Below, piece by piece: positions 1 through 12,405 of a DNA stretch of 64,000 bases. The notes under the pieces are model-generated. The model worked only from the letters and a program-made list of their open reading frames with translations, made no database searches and was not told the DNA's origin. Both the position numbers and the translations under genes were made by a program. Position 1 is the first letter of the stretch. Each line of letters begins with the position of its first letter. Source of the stretch: Lama glama (Eukaryota); the NCBI GenBank assembly GCA_028534125.1, contig CM052816.1, positions 80,540,001 through 80,604,000 of the forward strand, given 5' to 3'.

Positions 1-179
1 TCCGGGAGCAGACCGAGCAAGACATGGACAAGAGCACTGACTTAGGTGCAGATCTCTGCAGAAGACCTAGTTCTGTCACAAACCAGTTCTGTGACTTTTG
101 ACAAATCTCACACTCTCAGCTTCTTCAACTTGAAAAGGAAAATCTGCTAGACAATGATGAAAAACAGCAATAAAAATTT

Positions 180-395
180 CTGTCATTTATGCAGCTCTTA
201 GATGCCAGGCACCTTGCTGAGTGATTTTCAAATTTTATTCCATTCAGATGAGAATAAATCCCAGGTTTACGATGCCTACTCCGTTTTCTACTCAGTGAAG
301 CTGAGCAGATTTCAGTAACTCACAGATCATTAAGTGGCAGACCTGGAATCCAGATCCAAATCATCTGTCTTCAGATACCCTGCTCTGAACCACTG
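180..395. mobile_element. Degenerate MIR SINE
   Basis: atgccaggcaccttgct ... gtaactcacagatcattaagtggcagacctggaatccagatccaaatcatctgtcttcaga resembles the MIR core. Boundaries approximate. Confidence 0.55.
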
Positions 396-925
396 GACTA
401 TAAGGTCTCCCTAATGTCTATTAAAGTCCCTAATGGCGCTCCTATTGAAGGACTCAGAACAATACTAGAAAGCAATCCATCCCCTCCAAGCTTGTGGCTT
501 CCCCTTTCATGCTCTCTTAAATTATGATGAAAAGGGAGAAGGAAGGTTTTGTTCTTTTGTGCCCTGGTTGCTGCAGCAGGAGAAAGAAGGTGGCTGGAGG
601 CAAGATTTGCCTTCCTGACGCTAGACTCATAGAAAGTCAGAGTCCAACTGGGAACTTTCAGCTTTCTGCCAAACAGAGGTTTTTGAATTAGCCACACGGC
701 TCCCAGGGCTGCATGTCTGAAGCAGAGACCTGCCTAAAATGGTTCCTGTGCTTTTTAGATGCAAATGAGTGCGCCTCCTCCAACTTCAAAGTCCCACTTT
801 GCGTACAGATGCCTTCTGTACAGAGGTGGCTCTCTGGGGGTTATTCTCACCTTGGAGAAACTATGGTTGTCTTCTTGTTTCACGCCTGCCTCCTTGATAT
901 TCTTGGGCTTTGTGCCTCCCTGCAG

Positions 926-1069
926 CTTCGGCATCCAGCATGATGGGAAAGAAAACGACTGCGAGCCTGTGGGCAGGCACCCGTACATCATGTCCCGCCA
1001 GCTGCAGTACAACCCCACCCCGCTGACGTGGTCCATGTGCAGCAAGGAGTACATCACCCGCTTCCTGGA
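926..1069 (+). CDS. ADAMTS12: ADAMTS12 internal exon, C-terminal part of metalloprotease domain
   Basis: Acceptor cctccctgcAG, donor GA|GTAAGT; 144 nt, phase 2-2. Encodes (S)[47 protein letters not shown](D), with the third zinc-ligand His (GIQHD) and the Met-turn (YIMS). Confidence 0.96.
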
Positions 1070-1594
1070 GTAAGTCACAGCGTCTCGGGACAGCCTCATT
1101 TGGGTCTCTGTAAACCGGCAGGCACTTTGCGTTTTACCTGAGGCCTGGAAAACTCTCGTAACAGTAGGGGTGGATTTCGCTTCTGCTTTCTGATCCTGAG
1201 ATCTGGTGGGTTCTGGCCTGCAGCCAGAGCCAGGTGAACACCCTTTTTCCCACCCCTACCTTGCTCCTGTCTTAAAGTGGCTCTTTGTGATCTGATTGTG
1301 AGTTAAGTCCCTGGGGACTTGCAGAAACAACCAGGACAAGGCAGATGTGGGTTGCCCAACTCCGCTGCAGGTAAGATGATAATTTTCTCATTTTACTGCT
1401 TGTACTTCTTAGATCACACCTGAACAAATGGAAATGCATTTCCTTTTAGAGAACTCTCACCTTGGGCCCAGATAGAGATAAAGTTGTCTTGAAGGACGGA
1501 GTAAACTAGAGGGATGGAAGTTTCTGTTGAATGAAAGACTAAAGATGGAGGAAATCGTAAGCAACTGCCCTCATTTCTATTAACTTGTTTTCAG

Positions 1595-1739
1595 CCGAGG
1601 CTGGGGATTCTGTCTTGATGACATCCCCCAAAAGAAAGGCTTGAAGTCCAAAGTCATTGCCCCTGGAGTAATCTATGATGTTCACCACCAATGCCAGCTG
1701 CAGTATGGCCCCAATGCTACCTTCTGCCAGGAAGTAGAA
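1595..1739 (+). CDS. ADAMTS12: ADAMTS12 internal exon, end of catalytic domain / start of disintegrin-like domain
   Basis: Acceptor ttgttttcAG, donor GAA|GTAAGT; 145 nt, phase 2-0. Encodes (D)[48 protein letters not shown]. Not in the ORF track; translated by hand. Confidence 0.96.
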
Positions 1740-2059
1740 GTAAGTGTTGGGTATGGCAAAGTGTTGGGTATCTCAGTGCCTCTGGTGAGTATGTGCAGGG
1801 CTTGAGATCCAGCGTGCGGAAGGAAGGGCCGGGGAAATATTTGGAAATCCCAAGATCCAGACACAGAAATGGAAACTTTCTATTCATGGCAAGATGTCTA
1901 TAGGACAGAAGGATGGAAACTGGGGTCATTTACATTCCTTGACCCCACCTCCTTGGTATCCTTTGCAAGTGGGTGGTGGTGTAGGAAATTCTATAGTGAT
2001 TTTCAGCAATCACAGTGATTCACATCTGCAGACCCCATAACAACCAACTTAATCCCCAA

Positions 2060-2430
2060 AGTTACTCCTTTTCCTGCATTTCCCCTCTGGTTGAAGAGCA
2101 CCACCAGATCCCAGGGTAGGATTCATTCTCCCCCCTTATTTTCAACATCCAAATGATAAGCCAGGCCCTGACATTTAACCTCTTACAGAGTGTGTGGCTC
2201 TGTCCTGTCACAGTTATTCCCACTGCTGCTGTCCTGATTCAGTCTCCCATTACCTCTCCTAACTGCAGACATAACCTCCTACCTCACCTCTCCCCCATTC
2301 ACATTGTTGCTCAAGTTGTTTTAAAAAAAATCACAAATCTAACCATGGCTCTGCTCTGCTCTTCCAGTCCTCGCTGACCACAGGATAAAGTCCCAGGTCT
2401 TTTGTGTGGCATCCCTTTGTGATCTGGATC
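2060..2430 (+). mobile_element. Degenerate L2 fragment
   Basis: Pyrimidine-rich L2 3'-like blocks (cccactgctgctgtcctgattcagtctcccattacctctc; caggataaagtcccaggtc). Boundaries approximate. Confidence 0.5.
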
Positions 2431-2699
2431 TTGAAGGAGTAGATTAGAAGAAATCCACCACCAGCAAAGGGAGATGATAGATAAGCATCTATATCTCAGA
2501 CTGAGTTTTGAGGGGGAAGGATGCTGGTGGATAACTTTCTCTGCAGAAAATTCTTACCATGGTCCAGCCTCTTGCCAATTTAGAGTTCATATTTATGCTC
2601 TTGTGTGGTTTGAGAACCCCATGTCAAAAAATTAACATGAAAATATTTCTGACCTGATCATACCATGGGATGCTCAGTAGAAACAAACGTTTAAGAACT

Positions 2700-3390
2700 A
2701 GCCTGGAGAAACCAACCCTCAGCTAAGGATGCACAGAACTCTAAGAGATAAAGCTTTGTTCAGATGAGTTCAGAATTCAGCACCTAATTAAAAATGTAAA
2801 ATGGTCTATCTCCTCACAGCTAAGTGAGGAGAGACAATAAACCTTCAAGAGCTTTGAGTAATTGAATTTTTTAGGTAGGGATAATGAAATAACTGCATAA
2901 AAGAGGAATTGTATGTGAGAAAAGGAAAAAAAGCAACTACTATAAGTTATATTAAGGTAGATATGAAGAAGGACAGTTACAACCTCTAGAAATGAAACAT
3001 GTCATCATTGACTTTAAATTCAGTGGGTGGCTTACACAGCAGACTTGACACAGCTGAAAAGAAAATCAGTCAGCTGAAGTTTAGAGTTGAGAAAATTACC
3101 TCCCATCCCACTTGAGTCTCAGACTTGTGTGACAGAGGAGAGGCTGTCCTTTTCCTGATAGAAATCCAGGCTTTTTCAACTTCGATATACAAGAAAATTG
3201 AGAGCCAAAACTATGAAAGTAAAGTCGAAACTTGAAGGACAGAATTGGGAGGTCTGTCAACAACAACTATGAGTTGCTAACAGAGAATAGAGGTAATCAG
3301 GGAGAGGCAAGATTTATAGAGAGGTAAAAACTGAGAATTTTCTGAAGTAGTTAAAAAAATACCAGATCTTATGGTGAAAGAACATATTGA
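2700..3390 (+). mobile_element. Ancient L1 ORF1-region remnant
   Basis: A-rich, with acagcagacttgacacagctgaaaagaaaatcagtcagctgaag ... gagaaaattacc typical of the old L1M ORF1 coiled-coil region. No open frame. Confidence 0.5.
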
Positions 3391-4036
3391 ATCTTGAGTA
3401 CAGTAGTGGATGGAGTGATGGCAGATGGGTGAATTGGAGAAAGACTAAAACGTGGATGGAAGCAGCAGAGCCATTTCAGATGACGCATAAGAATCCTGCC
3501 AACCTTCCCTTGTTCCTCCTGCAGGAGGAGAAATGGGAGGGAATATTCCGTTCACTTCATGGCAGCTAAAACAAACTGGCTATTTTGAGTGATAAGGAAA
3601 TAAGCTGAGGTTTTCTGGATGGAATGGTGTCCTTTCCTTTGGTGAGCAGGCTCAGGGTACAGCCACCCAGCTATTTGTAATCAGATTGCCTTTCATCACA
3701 GTCTAAATTGCCCTCTGATGGCTAATGTCACCAGTTACCTGCCTTAGGGCCATGAGAACTGGGTATTGTGCCACACTCTTAGGAAATGTATCTTATCTTT
3801 CATTTTCATATTGCCCTAGCATGGCCTGCAGACCACTGTCTATGAGTGATGACCAAGTCCAAGTTAAGTGTGAGCTAAGGGTTCTTGAATGATGACTTTC
3901 CATCACTCTTACTAACAACAGCAGCATTTATTGTGGGTACGTGGGCGAGTGTGTGTCTGTTTTACTATCACTGTAGAAATGCTTTTGTGCAAGCTTGGAA
4001 AATACAAAAAAGTGCAATCTCACATTTGTTTTCCAG

Positions 4037-4129
4037 AACGTTTGCCAGACGCTGTGGTGCTCGGTGAAAGGCTTTTGTCGCTCCAAACTGGACGCCGCTG
4101 CAGATGGGACACGATGTGGAGAGAAGAAG
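4037..4129 (+). CDS. ADAMTS12: ADAMTS12 internal exon, disintegrin-like domain
   Basis: Acceptor ttgttttccAG, donor AAG|GTAATG; 93 nt, phase 0-0. Encodes [31 protein letters not shown]. Translated by hand. Confidence 0.96.
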
Positions 4130-5642
4130 GTAATGTGTTAGTGATACATCAGGCTGAGGAAGGAGGTGGTGGGGGTTCGTGTTCTTGGGAATTGCTGGGG
4201 GGAAGGCCCCAGAGAGCAGCTGTTTCTGGGTGAATGGAGATCCTCACACAGTCAGACTTCCCAGAGGAAAGAGTTCTCCTTCCACTCCTCCTTTTGAGCC
4301 TTCACTGGAAACAAGTCCTTAAGGAGAGCGGGCTGAGGCCCAGCTCCACACTTCACTTTTGAAACATCTGGCCCATCTTTCCCTGACAAACTTCTGTGGG
4401 GTTTGTGGCCAGTAATATCTGCTGAGCTCATTATCAACCTTCATTTTGACCCTTCCCCACCCCCCTCATGTTGAAGATTGGGAGGGCCAAGCCAGCGGCT
4501 GCTTCTTCCCAAAGATGTTGAATTTACGCCATGTGTTATCTTCTCTCGCACCATCTGACCTGCCTGCATTTCTTGAAGTTCTGCCCACTTTACTGAGCAG
4601 GAAAGGCAGATACCCAAGAACTCAGAGATGTTAGCTATCCTCCAGAGTAATACGTGCTGCTCAACAGCGTCATTTGGGTTTTGTTGAGGGCCTAGGATGT
4701 GTTTAGTGCAGCTTGAGCATGGCATGACCCATCACTGAGATTACAGAACTTGATCAAAATGCATCCTCAGAAATGTTCACCAAATAAAACATAACTCTCA
4801 AAAAAAAAAAACCCCCAAAATTTTTAAAAAATGCATAGTGACCAGAAATAAGGAGGAAAAGGAGGCCAGCAGATGAAACATGCCCAAATCCCCCAGGAAA
4901 TGTGGCCATTTCTGAACACCAGCTTGCATTTCTTGTTTCCTTTTTTGCATGTTCACCCTTCTAAACCTGACAGTAGTAGTTGAAGGATTCCCTTAAAGAG
5001 GGAGAGAGTGGATTTTTTTTTTTCTGAGCCACTGGAAACAATGGATAGAGTTATAGGAAGGCAGAAAATTTTTCTTGACATTAGGAAGAACTTCAACTTC
5101 TTAACAACTTGTGTTTTTTGGCAGTGAGTGGACTTTTAGCAGGAGGATGAGTTATCTGGTGCAAACATGAAATACTCATCAAGGCTGTAAAGAAGAGTTA
5201 TCTCAGTGCCAGGCTGCACAGTGTTTGTCATGGCCTAGATAAGAAGCTTGCACTGGAAAGTGAATCAGTTATGTTACTGAACAGCAGGGTTACTCAGCAT
5301 ACTCGGCTGACATGCTTTTCATAGCAAGACTTTCTCAGTGAAGGAGGTGGTGTGTTGATCTACATTCTGGTGTGCAATCTGCCGACTACACTTTGAGTAA
5401 CACTCCTGAATTAGGTGCAATTAGGCACCATAAAGTTCCGTTTAATTCCTGAAGTTCTTTGATTCTACAACCCAGACTCCCCAGGGAAATCTTTCAAGAG
5501 GCTTTCTTTGTTCCACGTCCGACGTGTGACTGCGGGAAGCCTGCTCGCGCAGGGAGGATGGGTTTGGACTTCTGGGGTCCCTGACTCTGCTTGCTATGGG
5601 AACCTGACTGACGGATGCCTCTCCTGCCTCTTCCCTTTGCAG

Positions 5643-5788
5643 TGGTGTATGGCTGGCAAGTGTATCACAGTGGGCAAGAAACCAGAGAGCATTCCTGGAG
5701 GCTGGGGCCGCTGGTCACCCTGGTCCCACTGCTCCAGGACCTGCGGGGCTGGAGTCCAGAGTGCAGAGAGGCTTTGCAACAACCCAGA
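5643..5788 (+). CDS. ADAMTS12: ADAMTS12 internal exon, end of disintegrin-like domain and TSR1
   Basis: Acceptor ttccctttgcAG, donor GA|GTAAGT; 146 nt, phase 0-2. Encodes [48 protein letters not shown](E), with WxxWxxW and CSRTCG TSR motifs. Confidence 0.97.
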
Positions 5789-6699
5789 GTAAGTCCAGCC
5801 AAGGACATTTCCCTTCCTTCCATGTGCACTGGGAGACCATTCTTAGACAGCATGACGGCAGTGACCCCAAGCCTCCTCGAGGAGACTAAATAGATTCCCA
5901 AAGACAAAAGGGAGCCAGAAGGAAGGTTCACAGAGCGTGAAAAAAAAAAAGTGGTTCTTTTTTGCTTCGTTTCATTTTGGCTTGGCACTGGACTCTTTCT
6001 AGGACTTGGATATGGAAGCTGATTCCATCATTTGAAGAAGTAAACAAAAATGTTTTAAAAGTACAATCTATGTGAAAGCTTCTAGGAGATTATAGAATTA
6101 AATCCTTCCAAATAACCCCATTCTATCAGTGGGGATTAGTTATACCTGATTTTGCTGATAAGATTGTAGCTTTCTTTCCATCATAATGAATGTATAATTA
6201 AAAAAAATTTTTTTTCTTCCCTTAGGTAACTCATTAACAAGCTAGGCACGTTTTTTGAAGATAATTATTTGTAATGTTTTAGACAAGGATTTTATAAACC
6301 TCAGAGTTCCGTATTAGCCTGTTAAGGATTCCATGCAAGTTATTTCACAAGTGGCTTTCAATTTTTTAGTCAAATTATTTAATTTTTGCATATTTTAAGT
6401 TTGTATAATGATATTATATATGAATGAAATTTTTATTTCCCTGATTTCCATATATTACATATATTCTTAATTTCATTATTTCCTGATATACTAGTTCCCA
6501 GGTATAATTTTTTTTAAAAAACTGTACATCTGATGACTCTTGTAAGTAGAAAGTGTACTGAGCTTCTTTTACCTAGATTTACATTAGTCTGCACTGAAGG
6601 GAGGAGTCACATTTTTTTTAAAAGGCAAGTGATAAATATGATTACAATTCCTCCAATATCTCAGTTCCACATATCACTTTTCCTTTGTATTAATAAATG

Positions 6700-6805
6700 T
6701 ATTACTATATACATATATGTGCATGTATAGTATACACATATAAACTATACACATATGTATGTATATATAAACTATATATGTATATATATAAAACTATTAT
6801 ATAAT
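6700..6805. repeat. TA-rich low-complexity repeat
   Basis: Alternating TA/CA with recurring taaactat units. Confidence 0.7.
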
Positions 6806-7699
6806 TTCTTCTAAAAGTTAGTAAGTTAATATCTATGAAGAGTTTAACACAATATTATCAGTAAATAGTGGTTACTATGATATCTTTATCATTTTCCATG
6901 CATATAAGTAAGTGTACATTTGAGGAATCTAGACAAAATTATTGTAAAATCTTACATTTTTGTTTAAATACAAGGTTCTTGTGACTTGAAAAATTCAGAT
7001 CCAGAAATTTCTTACAAAGTATTTTTGCAGAAAATCTTTATTTTTTAGTTTGTTTCAGTGTGATCAGAAAAGTGATTTCCATTTTAGAGATCAGGAAATA
7101 CGGGCTGTTTGCTCTAGGACCTACTGTCAGTGCTAAGTGTCAGGCACTACCAGTCCACAGCCTTCTTGGGAGCGTGGTTAGCAACCAATGCTTATCAGAA
7201 AAGGGACATCCATGTTGAAGAAATGAAAGATGATTCTGTAACTTGGCTTCAGGGGGAAAAATGGTGCAACCCCCATCTTAGAGGCTACATTTTGTTATAG
7301 AGTCTCCTTGGTGAGCGTCCATGTCTGACCTCAGTAGCTGATTTGCTTAGGTTCATTGAGAACAATGACTGGAAACACAGTCACAGATTTAGTTCTGTGA
7401 TTCAGGTCACAGATTCAGATCAGTGTGTGATCAACTGCCCCTGAGGTTGTATCCTTGATGTATGTATTTGTCAGCTATCTAGTGAGAACCCACTAGGGCT
7501 TGGCTCATGGAAATGAATTGGAGAGATTCCAGGTCACAGAGTTTCACTCCATCATCACAAATAGGAAACCAGCCTAACCTCAACTATCAAGGACAATTCT
7601 TAGTACCTCCTACAGGGAGTCAATGAATGTAAACTGCCTTGGTCAAAGGATTATCTTTGGAGGTGATAAGTGCAGGAAGTTCCTACAATAAGATAGTGA

Positions 7700-8240
7700 A
7701 GTGCAATTAAAGAAGAGAATGAGATTACTTCTGGCAGGAATCCAGGAAGAATTCCTGATGAAGATAGCATTTATTTGGTCCTGAAAGCATGGACAGTACC
7801 TAGATATTTAGAGACTTAAGAGAGCAGAAATCTATCTAGAGGCACAGAAAAAAAAAAAGAGTAAATAAGTCGCTTGTATCACTGGAAATGAACAGGGGCA
7901 AATGAACAGGGGCATGGGGGGAGAAAAGTTGTTCAGGTGATGTAAGTTGGGGCCATGAGGGCCTTGAATGCCAAGCTCAAGAGTTGATTCTGTGCCCACT
8001 GGGTGCTGTTAGAGGTTTTTAAACAGGAAACTAAAATAATCAATGTAATCCTAAAAATTAGCCAGATGCAGTGTGTACAGCAGGTTGAATGAGGAAAAAG
8101 AGGGGAGACGGGAACAGAGGTAAGGGGTGAACTAGTCCGGTGACTGTGGGAATAAAGGGAAGGAAACAAATATAAAGACGCAATTGATGGCCAGGTAACT
8201 GATTGACCATGGGGTCAAAGGAAGGGGTCAAACTGTATCA
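7700..8240 (-). mobile_element. Degenerate L2 fragment
   Basis: gagggccttgaatgccaagctcaagagttgattctgtg ... gaggtttttaaacagga is a typical antisense L2 3' segment. Confidence 0.55.
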
Positions 8241-8455
8241 AAATAGGCAACTGTACACTTTGGACTGAATGTTCATGGGCAACAACAGCAACAAAAATGT
8301 GTGAGATTTGAAGAGTATATTTAAAAGGTGAGTTTTGAGGCTAGAGAGGGACATGGTTTGGCAAGGAATGGCCATGGCCAGATGTCAAAGGATTTTTTAA
8401 GGACAGTGCTGGCCTTTAAGGAGATGAAAGAACAGCTTGTGTGTTTCATTTGTAG

Positions 8456-8625
8456 ACCAAAGTTTGGAGGGAAGTACTGCACTGGAGAAAGAAAACGCTA
8501 CCGCTTGTGCAATGTCCACCCCTGTCGCCCGGATACACCAACATTTCGGCAGATGCAGTGCAGTGAATTTGACACCGTTCCCTACAAGAATGAATTCTAC
8601 CACTGGTTTCCAGTTTTCAATTCAG
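8456..8625 (+). CDS. ADAMTS12: ADAMTS12 internal exon, end of TSR1 and start of Cys-rich domain
   Basis: Acceptor tttcatttgtAG, donor CAG|GTAAGG; 170 nt, phase 2-1. Encodes (E)[56 protein letters not shown](A). Confidence 0.97.
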
Positions 8626-10835
8626 GTAAGGAGCTGGATGAGTATATTCCAGATCTAGGGCCACAGTCATTATCAGAAAGCATTTATATTGTCAGGGTAC
8701 CTGTGATACCCTGAAAAGTTCAACAAAAAGAGAATTGTGCCCTTAGGAGCTTTTTATTTTAGGAGGTGGAGACACTGTCCTAGTTAAGTTGATCAGTAAA
8801 CTTTGAAGGCAGAATATTCCAGCTGCATGCCCTGCTCTGAGGGAGATAAAAGAGAAGTTTATCAAACATGACGACTCAGTTCAAAACAGCTGAGGTACAA
8901 CTAAACAATAAGTGGGGCTTATAGAGATTCAGGAACTAATCACTGATGAAAGTCCTTGTTGATGAATGTGTGGAACTGAATGTAACTTTGGCAGAAATTC
9001 AGCAAAGAAGGTCATTGTGGGTTTGGAGTGATTTCAGAGAAGTCTTCCAAGGAAGCTGTTGATGATTCTTAAGCATGAGTAATCTTTCTACTGGAAGAAG
9101 GGTAGGGGAGGGCACTGAAAATAGAGCCAGCAATCCCAGGTGGGAGGAGAGAGGCACAAGGAAAGACAAGGTGGTAGAAAATGAGTAAGAAGTGAAACCT
9201 CATCAGAAATGAGTGAGAGCCGCTCTGGGCCAGAAGTCAACATTTTGTGTGTACAGGACAGTGAAAGAAGGGTAAAAAGTAAAATCAGGCATTGAAGGAT
9301 GTGCGTCAGGGGATGGGAACATAGCAGAGTTGGAGAATGGAACAGCAGCTTTGACAGTGCTTCTCCTGACTCAGCACCAGTGACACATCTTCTCCTGAAA
9401 ATGAGGATGAATCATTAACTGTTGGCTATAGTTTAGCATCAAAAAGTATCTGTGCTATTTGTTGTTATTGGAAAAGAGAACTGAAAAAAAAAAAAAAGAT
9501 ATTCCTGGGTCAAGGAGATGTGAGACAAGGTAGAAAAAGGTAACCACATTTTTTGTGATTTTTCACCTTCTGGAATCCATTGTGATAGAATACAAGAAGA
9601 ATCTTAGACGTCGGCCAGTGAATAAAAATTACGTATCTGGACTGTCAGAAAAATGAATATAGTCAATTGCTTTAGGAAGAAAGACTCTATAGTGCTTTTC
9701 CTACTTTGTGTCTACAAAATATCCCACTGGCTGTTGGTTGTCATGGGCAACGTCTGCTCCCTGTCCTCCATTGTTTAGCATCATTCATGCTCTAGGCAAG
9801 GGAGTCACTTGATTTTTGGTGCAATTTCACTTCCTGATTCAAGGACTTGAATACAGGAAAGCTCATGGATATACTCATGTGGATGCCAAAAAAAAAAGCA
9901 AACAAAAACAACCCCCCGCCCCCCCCCAAAAAACCCACAGTGATGAAAGGTATACCCAGCTTGTACTGCCTCTGCCTTTATTTTGGACGTTCTATTTTGT
10001 TGGAACTACCAGAGTCAGTAGGACTATAGACCCTGAATGTGCAGAGGACGTTCTGCCCGAGTGTTGTGACAGGTGCCTAGTTGAGGGTCCTCATCCCCGT
10101 CAGATTCAGGGTTGGTTCTGTGTCTGTCTACTTGACTCTGATAGCTCAAGTAGCTGGATCTGGAATACAAAGATTTGGTTCAGTTTGGCTTTTCATGGCT
10201 TTAGAAGCGTTTATCATGTGCCTACTTTTTGCATAGCATAGCACTAGGTATTAAAGAAATGAGAGTTCTAAAAGTGTACACAGATTTCGCTCACTCTGGA
10301 GTGATTGGTTTGCATCTGTAACTGGTATTCAGGCTGTATAAACCACGTGAGGGAATTAGACTGAGTGCTACCTGCTTAACTCACTGTCTGCCTGGGCTGT
10401 AAGCCTCCATCCTCCATCCCAGTGGTTTCAAACAGGCTCCTATACTATTATTTGACCATAGTGACCTACCTGCTAACCTGATTAGCTGCTTCCTTGACCA
10501 ACACACTGATTTCTTTCCCCCGTCAAACTGTTAATCCTACAATGTTGCTCTTTGCTTAGTTGATAGGCACCCCTGGTGGTGACAATGTGGCATTCATGTC
10601 CACAGCTATCTGTGGAGCACTTAATCTGTGCCAGGCATTGAGAACTTTACACCATCCCAGCCTCCCCTTAGAAGCCACCAGAGGATGAACAGAACATACA
10701 GCAGAACTTTCTACCCACTCAGTGGATAGTGTTAAGTGTCTTAGTGACCTTTGGCAGATTTGGCTAAGTAGTGAGGGACAGAAAAAGAATCATAGATTCA
10801 AACATTTGGAATAAGCTTAGAGACTCCATCAAACC

Positions 10836-11420
10836 TTGTAGTTTCCAAACTCTGTTCCATGAAATCCCAGAGCTTCTAACAATGTTTGATTCCAATTTCA
10901 TTTGCCAGAAAAAAAATTTAAACTATTTTTAAAAGTGCATTAAAGAATAGTGCTTACACTCAAACATATTATATATCAAGTTTTAACATATCAAAAACCA
11001 TTAACTTATACAAATTAATTTGGTTCTCCACAGACCTTAGGATAAAAAGTCTCCCATTAGCACAGTTTAATTGATAAATATCCTGAGGTTTCAGGTCGAG
11101 TTGTTCTATATTGTTACCATTTGCAGCTTTATATGTGTCAGAATTTTTCAATGCTGTGCAACCAGTAAAACCCACAGAAAAAAATTAGGTGCTGCAGCCA
11201 GTATAACTCTGTAACTTGATTAACTCCATAAGCTTGATTTCACAATTTTCTGTTCGTCTTAGTAGTCCCTTTAGAGCCCACTGACTTATTTTTAACCATG
11301 ATATACTTAAACTTATAAGATTTATGTTTAATAAAATCCTGAGTTTATCTGCTTTATTTGCAAGATCTGGTTTGAATAAAGAAAAAGAAATCTTTTGTTG
11401 AAAGGGTTTGAAAACTACTA
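10836..11420. mobile_element. Non-autonomous hAT-Charlie-like DNA transposon
   Basis: Terminal inverted repeats GTAGTTTCCAAAC (10838-10850) and GTTTGAAAACTAC (11406-11418), 12/13 complementary; AT-rich interior. Confidence 0.55.
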
Positions 11421-12018
11421 ATCTTGATCAACTAACTTTCCAACATAGGGATTTCCTTTACCAGTACTCCTGGCAAAAAAAAATTTATGCAGATGCCACT
11501 TGCACATGTTCACAGAGGCACCAGTGTGGAAAGCAGCAATCTATACATTTTCTCACTTACCCCCACTCCATCCTTCAGAGATGAAGAAACTTAGTCTCAG
11601 AGAGGACAGTAACTTATTCAGGGTTATAGTGTCTTATATCATAGAGCTGGAATTGAAACGTACAGTCTGTTTGATGAAGATGCCGAGATCCTTCGGCTCA
11701 CTTAAATAGGTTCCCAAGGACTTGATTAGCCTGTGTTACTATGAATTGATTACATGCTGCATTTCTATTAGGAAATGACCAGAGCCTGATCTTGGTGTCA
11801 TCACTATCTTGGAATCTCTTTTCCTTTCTGGATTTTTTTTCCCAGAACACCCAAAGAACTCCTCATTAAAGCTAATTTTTCAGTTGTTGCTTCTAAATAT
11901 TTTAGCCCTCTTCATCTGTGATGCCAGTGAGGTTTCCAGCAACTATGGAGGGTCTGACATGAGATGAGATCACAGTCTGCTCCTCCCAGGATAGGATGCT
12001 TCAAGAACATTAAGGAAC

Positions 12019-12405
12019 TGTTACAGTTGGGTTCCCTAGGAGACAGACTCTGAGACTGAGGCTAGCACGCAGGAAGTTCAACAGCCATAGAAGGAGAGAA
12101 GGAAGAGGGATCAGACAGGGGAAGAAGCCAGGCTACGGTGCAGTCTTAGCAGATGTCTTCTCCAACCCCACGGGGGCTCTGCAGCTGGAAAGACCCTCAG
12201 AGTTGCCATAGTTACAGTGGGGGAGCCAGTCCCTGAAGCTCTACGTGGACCAGACATTGGCTGTGGTCTGTCCCCAGAAGGAGTGAGTGTCCTTGGACAA
12301 GAAAGCTCTCTTAAGCCAAGGTGACAACTGAGGGCCAATGCTGGCATCATTCCCAGGGGCTGGACACCTAGGGGAACCTGGGTTACCTGTATGGAGTTTA
12401 TTACA
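12019..12405. mobile_element. Ancient ERVL-type solo LTR (LTR33/LTR16-like)
   Basis: Begins TGTTACAGTTGGGTTCCCTAGGAGACAGACTCTGAGACTGAG...GCAGGAAGTT and ends ATTACA. Family from recall. Confidence 0.5.

Noticed and set aside
9367..9376. TGACTCAGCA antioxidant-response-like motif, and about 13 AP-1 heptamers window-wide
   Set aside because: Frequency is near chance for 64 kb and there is no supporting context.
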